NCBI GenBank assembly: GCA_964016885.1
Contig: OZ024765.1
Span: 2,542,001 to 2,606,000 of the forward strand
Length of the DNA: 64,000 nt
Source: Eledone cirrhosa
Lineage: Eukaryota
Reading direction: 5' to 3'
In this document: in pieces, positions 1 through 15,487 of the stretch
Position numbering within the stretch: position 1 is the first letter of the stretch
Layout: each line of letters opens with the position of its first letter
Program-made: the position numbers and the translations under genes
Notes under the pieces: model-generated
Database searches by the model: none
What the model was told of the DNA's origin: nothing
What the model saw: only the letters and a program-made list of their open reading frames with translations

Positions 1-113
1 AGCGCCTATGGTGGTAATGAGGGAGGTAGCCCTAGGGCCAAGGACACTGTATGAATGTATGTATTGTATATATACATATATGAATGTATGTATGTGCTGT
101 ATATATATATATA

Positions 114-146
<33 letters not shown>

Positions 147-226
147 GTGTGTGAGTGTGTGTATATGTATATGTATAGATATATATATAGATATATGTAT
201 GTATGTAAATATATACACACGCACAT

Positions 227-286
<60 letters not shown>

Positions 287-462
287 CGAAGGAGGTGTGG
301 TAAGGAACCAGGTGTACCATAACGCACCAGAGTACTCAATACTTAAGGTAGTAGAGTGGGTAATAGGAAAAAGTATGACCCCGACTGCAGAGCTCAAGCT
401 ATTCCTGGTCCAGAAATAGCCGTCGAAACCGCTTGAGCTCTGCCGACGGGGTCATACTTTTT

Positions 463-506
<44 letters not shown>

Positions 507-1119
507 TATCTATAGGTGTGTGTATGTGCATATGCATGTGAAGGCATGCGTGTGTGTGGGTGGCTGTGTATTTCTTAATTATTTCACAGAAACACTTAAA
601 GAACCTTCCAGAAAGGCGTGGGGTGGAGTGAAGTGGGGGCGTGGTGTTCAGGGGCCCTTCTTTTATTTCAAGTATGTTATTAGATCTTTGTTTAAGGTGG
701 GGTTTCTAGACTGGGAGATGAAGGGGTGAGGGTTAAAAGTATATACACACATGCCTTGCAGAAGTTTCTAGTGTCAAGTCAGGTAAACCGAAACAACAAC
801 AACAACAACAACAACAAGAACAACAACAACAATCATGGTTTCTACAACAGGCACAAGGCTAGCAATTTTAGGGGGGGGGGTAAGTCGATTAAATCAACCC
901 CAGTGCGTTACTGGTACTTTATTTTATCGACCCCGTATGGGTGAAAGTCAAAGTTAGCCTCGGCGGGATTTCAACTCAGAACGCAAAGGGCCGTAACTCT
1001 ATGCTGCAAAGCATGGTGTCCGATGCTCTACCGATTACTGCAAATCCACTAGCAATGATGATAAAGAAAGGTGGGTTTGGAAAGACGGTGATTGTATCAG
1101 ATAGATAGATAGATTATGT

Positions 1120-1909
<790 letters not shown>

Positions 1910-1923
1910 TGTGCGTGTGTCTG

Positions 1924-1957
<34 letters not shown>

Positions 1958-2067
1958 AGCATATATATTTATATATACACACACACATATACAACTATAA
2001 GTGTATAGACAAAAACACTAACAAACACAACAGCCCAGACATATATATATATGTATATATATATATG

Positions 2068-2098
<31 letters not shown>

Positions 2099-2103
2099 GT
2101 ATG

Positions 2104-2169
<66 letters not shown>

Positions 2170-2440
2170 TGTATGTATATATATATATGTATATATACAA
2201 CAACAACAACAACAACACACCTAGACAATGCAAGGTAAGGTAATGAATGGCATATACCTATTATTCAATTAGCTTTGGTATAAAATATATCTCAATATAG
2301 TTTTTATTACATATAAAACATACCAGGTGTAGGATGTAATAGAAAAGGAGGGTGTAGGCTGAAGGGGGAGTGGTGGTGGTGGAGGTGGTGGTTGGAGGGA
2401 GGGAGGGAGATAATTTTGGTTGTTATGTTATCTAGAGAGG

Positions 2441-2538
<98 letters not shown>

Positions 2539-2584
2539 TATGTATGAATGTATAATGTGTGTGTGTATAAAGGTAGGTAAATAG

Positions 2585-2640
<56 letters not shown>

Positions 2641-2641
2641 G

Positions 2642-2770
<129 letters not shown>

Positions 2771-3218
2771 GTGTGTGTGTAGAGAGAGAGAGGGAGAGAG
2801 AGAGAGATAGGTAAGTTGTTAGATATATATGTAGATAGATAGATAGATACTGAGTGGGTGGGTGAAAATAAGTGAGCTAGATATATATATATATAGAGAG
2901 AGAGAGAGACAGAGAGAGAAAGGGGTGAGATGCGGGTGTTGTTAGCGTGAGTGGTGGTAAGGAAGAAGGATAAAAGAACATTGCAAACTTGGCAGGTGTG
3001 CAGCTGTATGTATGCAGGTATGTGTTTAAGAGTGTAAGGAAGCATGTCTCGGGCAGAAAAAAGACGAAAAACACAAGAATAACAAGTCAAAACAAACACA
3101 TAAAACTAACAAAAACATCAACAAAAACCACAAAAAGTAGTAACAACAAAAAAAGCAGAATTAAATAAAGAAAATTGATGAAAAACAACGAAAAATTGCT
3201 AAAAATTACATTAATAAA

Positions 3219-3540
3219 ATGGCCGCCAACGACTCCATCATTAACATGGCCTCCGTCGACACCATAACTGTCATGGCCGCCGTCGACGCCATAACTGTCA
3301 TGGCCGCCATCAACGCCAGTGCTTTATCATGGCCACCGTCGACGCCATTATATATCATACCCGCCATTGTTTTATCATGGTCGTCTCCATCGACGCCATA
3401 ACTGTCATGGTCGCCGCTTACGACGCCCTCATTAGCATGGCCGCCATCAACGCCATCTTTATTATAGCCGCCATCGACGCCATCTTTATCATGGCCACCA
3501 TCGACGCCATTACTATCATGGCGGCCACCATCGACGCTAC
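3219..3540. repeat. 30-bp degenerate minisatellite
   Basis: Unit approximately atggccgccatcgacgccataactgtc/tttatc, about 10 copies. Confidence 0.85.
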
Positions 3541-4454
3541 GGTAGAGGTTTTTGAAACAATGTTGTTTTATAAACAGCAGTGACTCGCTGACGAGGTTTA
3601 CAACAGTTGGCTTGCCAAACATGGCAGCCGTAAATGTTATTGTTACACAAAGGATTTGGTTGATGTGTTGTTGTTGTTGTGTGGTGTTGTTGTGGTCGTG
3701 TTTGTTGTTGTGTGTTGCTGTGGTTGTTTGTTGTTGTGTGGTGTTGTGTAGTGGTGTGCTTGGTGTTGTGTGTTGCTGCGGTTGTGTTTGTTGTTGTTGT
3801 GCTTGATATTGTTGTGTTTGTTGTTGTTGTGTGGTGTTGTGCTTGATGTTGTTGCGGTTGTGTTTGTTGTTGCGTGGTGTTGTGTTTGATGTTGTTGTCA
3901 TGTTTGTATTTTATGTTGATGTGTGGATGTTGTGTCGTACTGTACCAAACAAAGAAGCCTTCTGCAAAGTCAGGAAATTCACCTTTATATCTAACATTTT
4001 TCAACCAATCATTTCAACTTCTAGCTACTGTTCCTCAAGCTTCTATTACAACTAGTCTAAAGTTATCTCGAGCCTGAGGGCTCATCAGGTCCACGTGCTT
4101 ATCCACGGGCTTATCCGTGGCGTTAAGCGACTGAGAGTACAAAACTTCCTCCTTGACTGAGAGTACAAGACTTTCTCCAGTCCATCGCAGAGTTAAACCC
4201 CCAGCTATTACTGGTACTCATTTTCAGCTGAGTATAGTGGAGCATACTGGAGCAACGTGAAATATTTCAAGTACTTTGCTCAAGAACACAACACACAACC
4301 CAGTCCAGGAATGAAACCCACAGCACCTTTAACCACTGGAGTGACATGAAATAAAATGTTTTGCTCAAGAACACAACTCACAATCCAGGAATCGAACTCA
4401 CGACATTATGATCGTAAGTCCAACACCTTAACCACAAGGTCATATGTCTCCACT

Positions 4455-4640
4455 CTATTACAATTGGGATAGCAAATTTTGTAGCAACGATTCCAGATTC
4501 CCTGTATTTCGTATGTCAGATCTTGGTACTTTCCTATTTTCTCACATTCTTTGACAATCCCCCCAGCGTCAAAATGGCAGACAACGTCGATTAACTCAGT
4601 ACATACTTTCCTTCTTATTAAATATATCTGGGACACAATT
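4455..4640 (-). mobile_element. Decayed RLE-endonuclease LINE fragment
   Basis: LIDVVCHFD...KECEKIGKYQDLTYEIQGIWN resembles the R4-clade EK..KY..L..EI..LW motif. Confidence 0.65.
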
Positions 4641-4883
4641 GTCTATTTATGTAACCCTTTGAATCTTAATGTCCCATAACACTTTCTCTCCCCCTCTCCC
4701 TGCCTGTCCCTCTCTCTCTCCCTCCCTCCCTCCCTCCTCTCTCTATTTATCTATCTATATCTATATCTATCTATCTCCCTCTCTGTTTCTCTTTCTCTCA
4801 CTCTCTCTCTATATATATATCCCTCACTCTCTCTCTTTCTTTCACTCTCTCTCTCTCTTTCTTTCACTCTCTCTCTCTCTTTT

Positions 4884-4923
<40 letters not shown>

Positions 4924-4988
4924 AAGGTATGATCTAACCTTGATATACATATATATTTTCACCTTTAAAAAAAACGGTGCTCATAGTA

Positions 4989-7706
4989 GTACTGGTGGTA
5001 GTACTGGTGGTAGTACTGGTGGTAGTACTGGTGGTAGTACTGGTGGTAGTACTGGTGGTAGTACTGGTGGTAGTACTGCTGGTAGTACTGGTGGTAGTAC
5101 TGGTGGTGTTGCTGGTGGTAGTACTGGTGGTAGTATTGGTGGTAGTATTGGTGGTAGTATTGGTGGTAGTACTGGTGGTAGTACTGGTGGTAGTATTGGT
5201 GGTAGTATTGGTGGTAGTACTGGTGGTAGTACTGGTGGTAGTACTGGTGGTAGTATTGGTGGTAGTATTGGTGGTAGTATTGGTGGTAGTATTGGTGGTA
5301 GTATTGGTGGTAGTACTGGTGGTAGTACTGGTGGTAGTACTGGTGGTAGTACTGGTGGTAGTACTGGTGGTGTTGCTGGTGGTAGTACTGGTGGTAGTAC
5401 TGGTGGTAGTACTGGTGGTAGTACTGGTGGTAGTACTGGTGGTAGTACTGGTGGTGTTGCTGGTGGTAGTACTGGTGGTAGTACTGGTGGTAGTACTGGT
5501 GCTGTTGCTGGTGGTAGTACTGGTGGTAGTACTGGTGGTAGTACTGGTGGTAGTACTGGTGGTGGTAGTACTGGTGGTAGTACTGGTGTAGTACTGGTGG
5601 TGGTAGTACTGGTGGTAGTACTGGTGGTAGTACTGGTGGTAGTACTGGTGGTAGTACTGGTGGTGTTGCTGGTGGTAGTACTGGTGGTAGTACTGGTGGT
5701 GTTGCTGGTGGTAGTACTGGTGGTAGTACTGGTGGTGTTGCTGGTGGTAGTACTGGTGGTAGTACTGGTGGTAGTACTGGTGGTAGTACTGGTGGTAGTA
5801 CTGGTGGTAGTACTGGTGGTAGTACTGGTGGTGTTGCTGGTGGTAGTACTGGTGGTAGTACTGGTGGTAGTATTGGTGGTGTTGCTGGTGGTAGTACTGG
5901 TGGTAGTACTGGTGGTGTTGCTGGTGGTAGTACTGGTGGTAGTACTGGTGGTAGTACTGGTGGTAGTACTGGTGGTAGTACTGGTGGTAGTACTGGTGGT
6001 AGTACTGGTGGTAGTACTGGTGGTGTTGCTGGTGGTAGTACTGGTGGTAGTACTGGTGGTGTTGCTGGTGGTAGTACTGGTGGTAGTACTGGTGGTAGTA
6101 CTGGTGGTGTTGCTGGTGGTAGTACTGGTGGTAGTACTGGTGGTAGTACTGGTGGTAGTATTGGTGGTGTTGCTGGTGGTAGTACTGGTGGTAGTACTGG
6201 TGGTGTTGCTGGTGGTAGTACTGGTGGTAGTACTGGTGGTAGTACTGGTGGTGTTGCTGGTGGTAGTACTGGTGGTAGTACTGGTGGTAGTACTGGTGGT
6301 AGTACTGGTGGTAGTACTGGTGGTAGTACTGGTGGTAGTACTGGTGGTAGTACTGGTGGTGTTGCTGGTGGTAGTACTGGTGGTAGTACTGGTGGTGTTG
6401 CTGGTGGTAGTACTGGTGGTAGTACTGGTGGTAGTACTGGTGGTAGTACTGGTGGTGTTGCTGGTGGTAGTACTGGTGGTAGTACTGGTGGTAGTACTGG
6501 TGGTAGTACTGGTGGTAGTACTGGTGGTAGTACTGGTGGTAGTACTGGTGGTAGTACTGGTGGTGTTGCTGGTGGTAGTACTGGTGGTAGTACTGGTGGT
6601 GTTGCTGGTGGTAGTACTGGTGGTAGTACTGGTGGTAGTACTGGTGGTAGTACTGGTGGTGTTGCTGGTGGTAGTACTGGTGGTAGTACTGGTGGTAGTA
6701 CTGGTGGTAGTACTGGTGGTAGTACTGGTGGTAGTACTGGTGGTGTTGCTGGTGGTAGTACTGGTGGTAGTACTGGTGGTAGTACTGGTGGTGTTGCTGG
6801 TGGTAGTACTGGTGGTAGTACTGGTGGTAGTACTGGTGGTAGTACTGGTGGTAGTACTGCTGGTAGTACTGGTGGTAGTACTGGTGGTAGTACTGCTGGT
6901 GGTAGTACTGGTGGTAGTACTGCTGGTGGTAGTACTGGTGGTAGTACTGGTGGTAGTACTGGTGGTGTTGCTGGTGGTAGTACTGGTGGTAGTACTGGTG
7001 GTAGTACTGGTGGTAGTACTGGTGGTAGTACTGCTGGTAGTACTGGTGGTAGTACTGGTGGTAGTACTGCTGGTGGTAGTACTGGTGGTAGTACTGCTGG
7101 TGGTAGTACTGGTGGTAGTACTGGTGGTAGTACTGGTGGTAGTACTGCTGGTGGTAGTACTGGTGGTAGTACTGGTGGTAGTACTGGTGGTAGTACTGGT
7201 GGTAGTACTGGTGGTAGTACTGCTGGTAGTACTGGTGGTAGTACTGGTGGTAGTACTGCTGGTAGTACTGCTGGTAGTATTGGTGGTGTTGCTGGTGGTA
7301 GTACTGGTGGTAGTACTGGTGGTGTTGCTGGTGGTAGTACTGGTGGTAGTACTGGTGGTAGTACTGGTGGTAGTACTGGTGGTAGTATTGGTGGTGTTGC
7401 TGGTGGTAGTACTGGTGGTAGTACTGGTGGTAGTATTGGTGGTAGTACTGGTGGTAGTACTGGTGGTAGTACTGGTGGTAGTACTGGTGGTGTTGCTGGT
7501 GGTAGTACTGGTGGTAGTACTGGTGGTAGTACTGGTGGTAGTACTGGTGGTAGTACTGGTGGTAGTACTGGTGGTGTTGCTGGTGGTAGTACTGGTGGTA
7601 GTACTGGTGGTAGTACTGGTGGTAGTACTGGTGGTAGTACTGGTGGTAGTACTGGTGGTAGTACTGGTGGTAGTACTGGTGGTAGTACTGGTGGTAGTAC
7701 TGCTGG
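4989..7706. repeat. 12-bp minisatellite (ggtagtactggt)n, ~2.7 kb
   Basis: Highly homogeneous units with variants ggtgttgctggt, ggtagtattggt and actgctggt; one 1-bp deletion near 5589. Confidence 0.95.
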
Positions 7707-7707
7707 T

Positions 7708-7945
7708 TCAGGTGGCGTTGGTGGTAGAGGTGTGATTGCTATTTCTAGCAGATCTTTCGACCACGTAAGACGCCACACTCGTTCTGCCTGGATAATTCAG
7801 CCATTTTGTCCAATACCAAAATGCTTCGTTGTTGCCGATTGGTTGATAAGTGTTACGTAGGAGCTTTTGTGTTGTTGTTAGGAATGCGTGGGAGGAGGTG
7901 GACTGTATAGCGGGTGTGGGTGGCTGCAGTGTAAATACTGTAGAC
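7708..7945 (-). CDS. Candidate terminal exon (STVFTLQPP...FWYWTKWLNYPG...TSTTNAT*)
   Basis: Acceptor tttattgctcag| at 7946; unique sequence with one frame open to TGA at 7708-7710. Frame and strand are ambiguous. Confidence 0.25.
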
Positions 7946-8495
7946 CTGAGCAATAAACAGGCAGGAATTGGTGGTGGTGGTAGTTGTGGTGGTAGTTGTG
8001 GTGGTGGTGGTGAGGGCGTAATGGTGGTGGTGTGGTGGTAAAGATGGTAGTTGTGGTGGTGGTAGTGGTGGTGGTGGTGGTGGTGTGCGTGTGTATGTGT
8101 GAATGTATGTGTGTGTATGTATGTGTGCGTATATATGTGTGTATGCGTGTGTAGGTGTATGTTTGTGTGTATGTGTGTGTGAACGTGTGTGTAGGTGTGT
8201 GTATGTGTATATGTGTGTGTGTGTGTGTGTGAGTATGATGTGCAACTTTTTACCTACATGTTAACAAAATATATGATTTCACAGATTCGCCCTCTCTCTC
8301 TATATATATATATACATACACACAATATGCACAGATGAAAATATGCGCCATTTTCATTTTCATATAATATATATTTATGATATATAAACACGTTTATATA
8401 TGCATAACATATATACATACACACACATACAAACATATACGTATACATACAAATATATATACATATGTATATATATATGTATATATATGTATATA

Positions 8496-8532
<37 letters not shown>

Positions 8533-8557
8533 ATATATATATATATATATATATTTG

Positions 8558-8594
<37 letters not shown>

Positions 8595-8623
8595 TTGTAT
8601 ATATATATATATATATATATATT

Positions 8624-8679
<56 letters not shown>

Positions 8680-8717
8680 TGTATATATATATATATATAT
8701 ATTTGTATATATATATA

Positions 8718-8843
<126 letters not shown>

Positions 8844-9220
8844 TATATATATGTATATATATATATATATATGTGTGTGTGTATATACATACGTACACAT
8901 ATACATAAACACATAATCTCTCTCTCTCTCTTTCTCTCTTTCTCTCTCATATACATACGCACATACGCACACACATACGCACACACATACACACATATAT
9001 ATATACACACACACACATATATATACATATAATACATAAACACATATATACATGGGTACACATATACATATGTACATAAACATACAATCTCTCTCTCTCT
9101 CTTTCTCTCTCACATACATACACACACACGCACACACATACATACATACACACATACACACACACACATATACACACACTTATATATAATGTGTGTGGTG
9201 GGGTCTAAGTACATACGCAC

Positions 9221-9372
9221 CAGTGACAGTGAAATCCAGTTCAGCAAGTTATGTTCTCCAAAATGGTGGTTTGCACAGAAAAACATCCTTTCCTCATACA
9301 AACATGGTGTAAATATATCAATGGAGTATGGTCCGCTTTTTATTTCCGGTCTTGCGCGGTTAACACATCTGC
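9221..9372 (-). CDS. Candidate internal exon of an unidentified gene
   Basis: tattctag| ... |gtgcgt boundaries; only one open frame (RCVNRARPEIKSGPYSIDIFTPCLYEERMFFCANHHFGEHNLLNWISLSL); non-repetitive. No family recognised. Confidence 0.3.
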
Positions 9373-10627
9373 CTAGAATATTGATTTCAAATTTAGACAC
9401 AAGGCCAGCAATTTGGGGCCAAGTGGAAGTGCTGGGAGGTGTTAAAACCTTAAAATCAATCCCCCTCCTCTCCAGTACTTGAACGGTTCTTTATTTTTTG
9501 ACTCCCTGAAAGGATAAAAGGCAAGGTTGAACTTAGTGGCAATTGCAATTTCTCTGACGATCTACTGATTTTGCTGCTCAGCCACCCTTCCTGCATACCT
9601 GGCCAACCTCTAAAACCCAAACGAGGAGAACCATGAAAAAAAGGGGCCCAAAACGGAGAGAAATGAGGCAAAATGGGAAGATTTTACATAATTGTTTCTA
9701 CTTTAGGCACAAGGCCAGCAATTACCCAGTGCATTACTGGTACTTTATTTTATCGACCCCTTAAGGATGAAAGGCAAAGTTAACCTCGGCGGGATTTGAA
9801 CTCAGATTTTACATAATGAAAACTATACACATTTTCACTAGAGAAGACCTCTCACCCACCCTAAAGTTACATTGTAGATCTCCCCAACGGACGGTGAGAG
9901 TTGACTGGTAAGCTTCTCCTATGTTAGGCACAAGGCCAGTAATTTTGTGGGTAGGGAAACGACCCCAGTATTTCACTGGTACTTTATTTTATCGGCCATA
10001 AAAGGTTGAAAGGCAAGTTTGATCTTGGTAAGATTTGAAATCAGAATATACATAACCCAAATAATAACCGTAATGGCATTTTCTCCGAAGCTCAAACAAT
10101 TTTGTTGCTCCACCAACATTTTCATATTTTAAGTACAAGACCAGTAGTTTTTTAGGGATGGTAATGATCCCAGTATTTAACTGGTACTTTATTTTATAGA
10201 CCCTGAAGGGATGAAAGGATCAAATTTGACCTCGGGGGGGAATTGAACTCAGAATATACAGAACTAGATCAAATACCTCAATGGCATTTTCTCCGACGCT
10301 CAAACAATTTTGCTGCTCAGACACGTATTTCGTATTTTACATACAGAAAACTGGATCTCTGAAATACAGGTACAGTCCATCTTGTATTATAGTGTAAGTG
10401 GCTGAGTATTCCACAGAGACCTGTACCCTTATCAGTTCGTAAGAAGGAAAGGCACAGTTGAACCTTGGTGGGATTTAAACTCGGAACTTAAAGGAACCGG
10501 AGTTTAACGACGTTCTTCAAATCTTCCGCCTTCACAATAAACTGTGACAGTAGCAAGTAAAATAATGTTGACTGATGTATATATGTATATATATAAGCTT
10601 GAGTACTATATATATATATATATATAA

Positions 10628-10720
<93 letters not shown>

Positions 10721-10918
10721 AATGTATATATATATATATATAAATGTATATATATATATATAAATGTTTATATATATATATATATATATATAAATGTATA
10801 TATATATATATAAAGAATTAAAATACTAGAGTGTGTTGGAGTTAAACACTCTCTTCATATTATAGAAATGACAGTATAAGATATAGCTCAATATAATTAA
10901 ACAGAGCCGAAGAATTAT

Positions 10919-10987
<69 letters not shown>

Positions 10988-11082
10988 CAAAAACTAGCTT
11001 CCGGTTGTATCGTTTTTCTCCAATATATATATCATGGTAAAACAGCTGTGAATGTATATATATATATATACATACATATATT

Positions 11083-11141
<59 letters not shown>

Positions 11142-11142
11142 T

Positions 11143-11193
<51 letters not shown>

Positions 11194-11210
11194 GTATATA
11201 CATATATATA

Positions 11211-11247
<37 letters not shown>

Positions 11248-11267
11248 TTATATACATATATATATAT

Positions 11268-11307
<40 letters not shown>

Positions 11308-11324
11308 ATATATATATATACATT

Positions 11325-11364
<40 letters not shown>

Positions 11365-11381
11365 AATGTATATATATATAT

Positions 11382-11418
<37 letters not shown>

Positions 11419-12060
11419 CATACATATATATATATACATACATATATATATATATGTATATATATATATATGTATATATATATATGTATATATACATACA
11501 TATATATATATATGTATATGTATATATACATACATGTGTATGTATATATGTACATACAGACATGTATGGTAGGCGTTTCTTTTGACAGATAACCTTTAAA
11601 CTACCCCCCAACCCCTGCCCACACTGTCCACCACCCCAGACCCCAGAAAACAGAACAAAAATCGGTGTTAGATCAAAGAAAAGGAAATTTCATCATCATC
11701 ATCATCATCATTATCGTCATCATTACCATCATCATTTTGCCTTTCATCCTTACAGGGTCGATAAAATAAAGTACCAGTAATACACTGGGTATGTGCTGGC
11801 CTTGTGCCAATAGTAGAAACAATTATTTACATCATAATCATCATCATCATCATCAACACCACCAACACCACCACCACCACCACCACCACCACTACCACCA
11901 CCACACCACCACCACTAACACCACCACCACCACAACTACCACCACCACACCACCACCACTACCACCACCACACCACCACAACTAACATACATACATACAT
12001 ACATACATACATACATACATAGTCTACATTTATATATACATACATATGTATATACATACA

Positions 12061-12212
12061 TAAACTACAAATGGCTGCGATAGCTAGCACCTTAAAAATT
12101 TGCAAAACATTCTTGCGATTCAAGGGATGACAATTTCTTTTCTTTTACAACCTTGCCACCAGGAAGGTGGCCGATCAAAAATGTACTCTAAATTAAGAGA
12201 AAGAGATAACAT
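12061..12212 (+). mobile_element. Extreme 3' end of a related RLE non-LTR element
   Basis: KLQMAAIASTLKICKTFLRFKG* parallels KLQVQSINGTVKICKTFQK of the neighbouring copy; embedded in CATA repeats. Confidence 0.65.
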
Positions 12213-12544
12213 ATATACATACAGGGGTTGATAGGAAGGTATGTAGAGGACTGGGTACCTACATAGGTTAAATATAGCGGATAACGAAAGTATTTGATGT
12301 GGTTGGTAGATATTTTAACAAGGAATACAGGAGGTCATTAAGTGCAGAGTTTGTGTTCTGTGACAAATATACATTATTATAAGCCCACATATTTCTGTGG
12401 TTTTATATATGGTTGTATGTAAGTATGGTTGTATGGTTGTATGTATGTATGGTTGTATATATGTATGGTTGTATGGTTGTATGTATGTATGGTTGTATGG
12501 TTGTATATATGTATGTATATATATATATGTATATATGTATGTAT

Positions 12545-13200
12545 GTTCTTCTGGTTTTATAATTTCACAAAGTTTTACCAATAGAGAGAGAGTCGGTTTC
12601 TAACATAGACTCAAGACTCTCCCATTGGAATTTACACAACATCAACTAGGTAGATATGTATGCATGCACGTGTATGTAGATATGGATGTTATTGTATGTA
12701 TGGATGTGTATGTTTTGAGTTGTATGTGTGCATGTGTATATGCTTTGTATCTGTACATGTGTATATGCAGTTATTAGATGCACAATTTTTGGAATGTTTT
12801 ACATATTTTTACTGTTCCATTAATGGATTGTACTTGTAGTTTCCTAACTAGTTGTGTTCTTTCTGTTCCTGTGAAGCCTAGCTTCTCAAGATTTGTATTG
12901 AGGCAGTTACTAACATACCCCAGTGCCCCAATAATCACAGGTATAAATCTGAAGGTGTAATCAGGGTGGAGTATCTGCAGATTTCTCATCAGTTGTGCAT
13001 AAATATTCTCCTTTTCGCTAATCTTTGATATTATATTGGCATCTGCTGGGCAGCTAATTTCCACTACTGTGCGTGCTTTCTTCTCCCTGCCCCATATCAT
13101 ATCTGGTCTGTTATGCCTGCATTTTATTGGGGTTTTTACTGGAACATTCCACCAGTACTCTTTCATATTATGTACATGGATGTCTTCCACATTGTTGTAG
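12545..13200 (-). mobile_element. 3' fragment of an RLE-endonuclease non-LTR retrotransposon (R4/NeSL-like)
   Basis: ORF remnant ...HNRPDMIW...VVEISCPAD...EKENIYAQL...FIPVIIGALG carries the PD..E..K restriction-like endonuclease signature, followed by 3' UTR; flanked by (CATA)n. Confidence 0.85.
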
Positions 13201-13223
13201 CTTTTATGTATGTATGTATGGAT

Positions 13224-13318
<95 letters not shown>

Positions 13319-13851
13319 TGTATGGTTGTATGGTTGTATGAGATGACCCCTTAGCCTTTGTCAAGGCAGAATTCTAGGAGAAGGAAAACTCTGATATAAC
13401 ACCTGCAACCCTGATGGTATCCAATGATGTTGACTTGTTCTTCTTTTTGGTAAATACCATCTTGGTTAAGAGAGTGGGACTGGCTTTGTGCAGTGCTTTT
13501 GCTCACTATAAAAGCTTCACGGCACAGGCATTGCTTTATATCTGGAGATCTCTCTGCACATGTCGTCACGTGATACCATGGGCCCAGCACTGTGTGTCAA
13601 TAATTATCACAAGTGTAGTGTTTGTACCAGAGTTTTCAAGTCACTGGCTGGACTAAAAAGTCACACTCGTTCAGCGCATCGGTAGGGGTTCTCCTACATG
13701 GATCTAAAGTAGTGGCCGTACTCGAAAACGAGTTGGCAGCCACCATGTATGTATGCATATATGTATGTATGTATGTATGTTTGTTCTGGTTTTATAATTT
13801 TATGGACTTTTTATATGTATGTATATATGTATGTATATATGTATATATATA

Positions 13852-13931
<80 letters not shown>

Positions 13932-14172
13932 TGTATGTATATGTGTATGTAGGCGCCGAATTGTCAGAGTCGTTAGAACATCAGATAGAATACACTGATC
14001 TCTGAGTTCAAATCCCGGCGAGGTCAACTTTACCTTTCATACTTTCGAGGTCGATGAAAAAAGTACCAGTTTAGTACTGGGGTTGATTCTTCCTCTATAT
14101 TTCTTTCTCATTTCCTCACTCTCTATCTCTCCATGTATATATATAGATATATATACAGACACACAGACACAC

Positions 14173-14245
<73 letters not shown>

Positions 14246-14267
14246 TACACATATATATACATACATA

Positions 14268-14359
<92 letters not shown>

Positions 14360-14406
14360 TATATATACATATATAGATATATAGATATATATATTATATA
14401 TATATA

Positions 14407-14443
<37 letters not shown>

Positions 14444-14578
14444 CGAAAGAACTGTGGTAAGGAACCAGATGGACCATAACGCACGTTCGGGTATTTATCT
14501 ACCAGGCTAAAAATTCTTATTTAGTCTAGAATTAGCCGTCGTAACGGCTTGAGCTCTGCCGTCGGGGTCATACTTGTT

Positions 14579-14682
<104 letters not shown>

Positions 14683-15228
14683 TGTACCCCGAAACACCAC
14701 CCGTAACCCCAACGACCCCATTACCCCGTTACAATACCACCGAACATCAATCAAGCCCAAACAGAACAGGTAAATGAAGATATCTGCTATATTTATCACC
14801 TTTCAGACAAGTTCTTTGCTGTAAATACCAATACAAGATTCTCTTCTCCAAGAGTATGTTTCTTATTTCTTAAATACCAAACCTTCTTCATTCACAGAGA
14901 CGTATATGGAGTTATATACGATATCGTTAACGTGCAGTAAACGTACATACGTCTCGTCGTTCGTGAGAATACAGTACCTTCCCGAGATACATACATGTAT
15001 GTGTATATATATATATATATATATATAGTGGTAGAACACTGGAAGGTAATATCCGTAGTGGTAGAGCACTCAGTCCATGGGACGAGTTAGGTAGAAGTGG
15101 TTACACAACAGTTAGTTCACCATACCGAGAACAATTGTCTCACCTTTGTTCTGTCCAACGCCATCTTCTTCGCAAGATGGCGTTGGACAGAACAAAGGAG
15201 AGGCACAAAACAAAGAAAAGAATCCCCA

Positions 15229-15271
15229 GTCACTGAAGAGGTCACAGAATGTGTGACGAAAGAACTTTGAC
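15229..15271 (+). ncRNA. Minimal hammerhead ribozyme motif
   Basis: GTCA-CTGAAGA-g-GTCACA(gaatg)TGTGAC-GAAA-G(aa)C-TT^TGAC. One extra G at the stem II junction and a 2-bp stem III. Confidence 0.55.
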
Positions 15272-15419
15272 AATATATAAACAACCGTCCGGTTGTGGAA
15301 CCAACCAACCAACCGGAAATTTATAAATTCTTAAATTTATAAATTTAATTTATAATAAATTGGAGTGAAAGCAACTGGTGCGTGTGTTTCTTATTGGCAA
15401 CATGACCCTCCCAAAGTAT

Positions 15420-15454
<35 letters not shown>

Positions 15455-15487
15455 GATTGGAATTCTATAAGAATCCAACTTCTCTAA

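Noticed and set aside
3206-3660. GVDGGHD-repeat protein
   Set aside because: The reading frame shifts within the 30-bp repeat and no convincing acceptor or start was found.
12255-12395. Second exon for the signal-peptide candidate at 16794-16846
   Set aside because: The phase-compatible frame hits TAA before any good donor.
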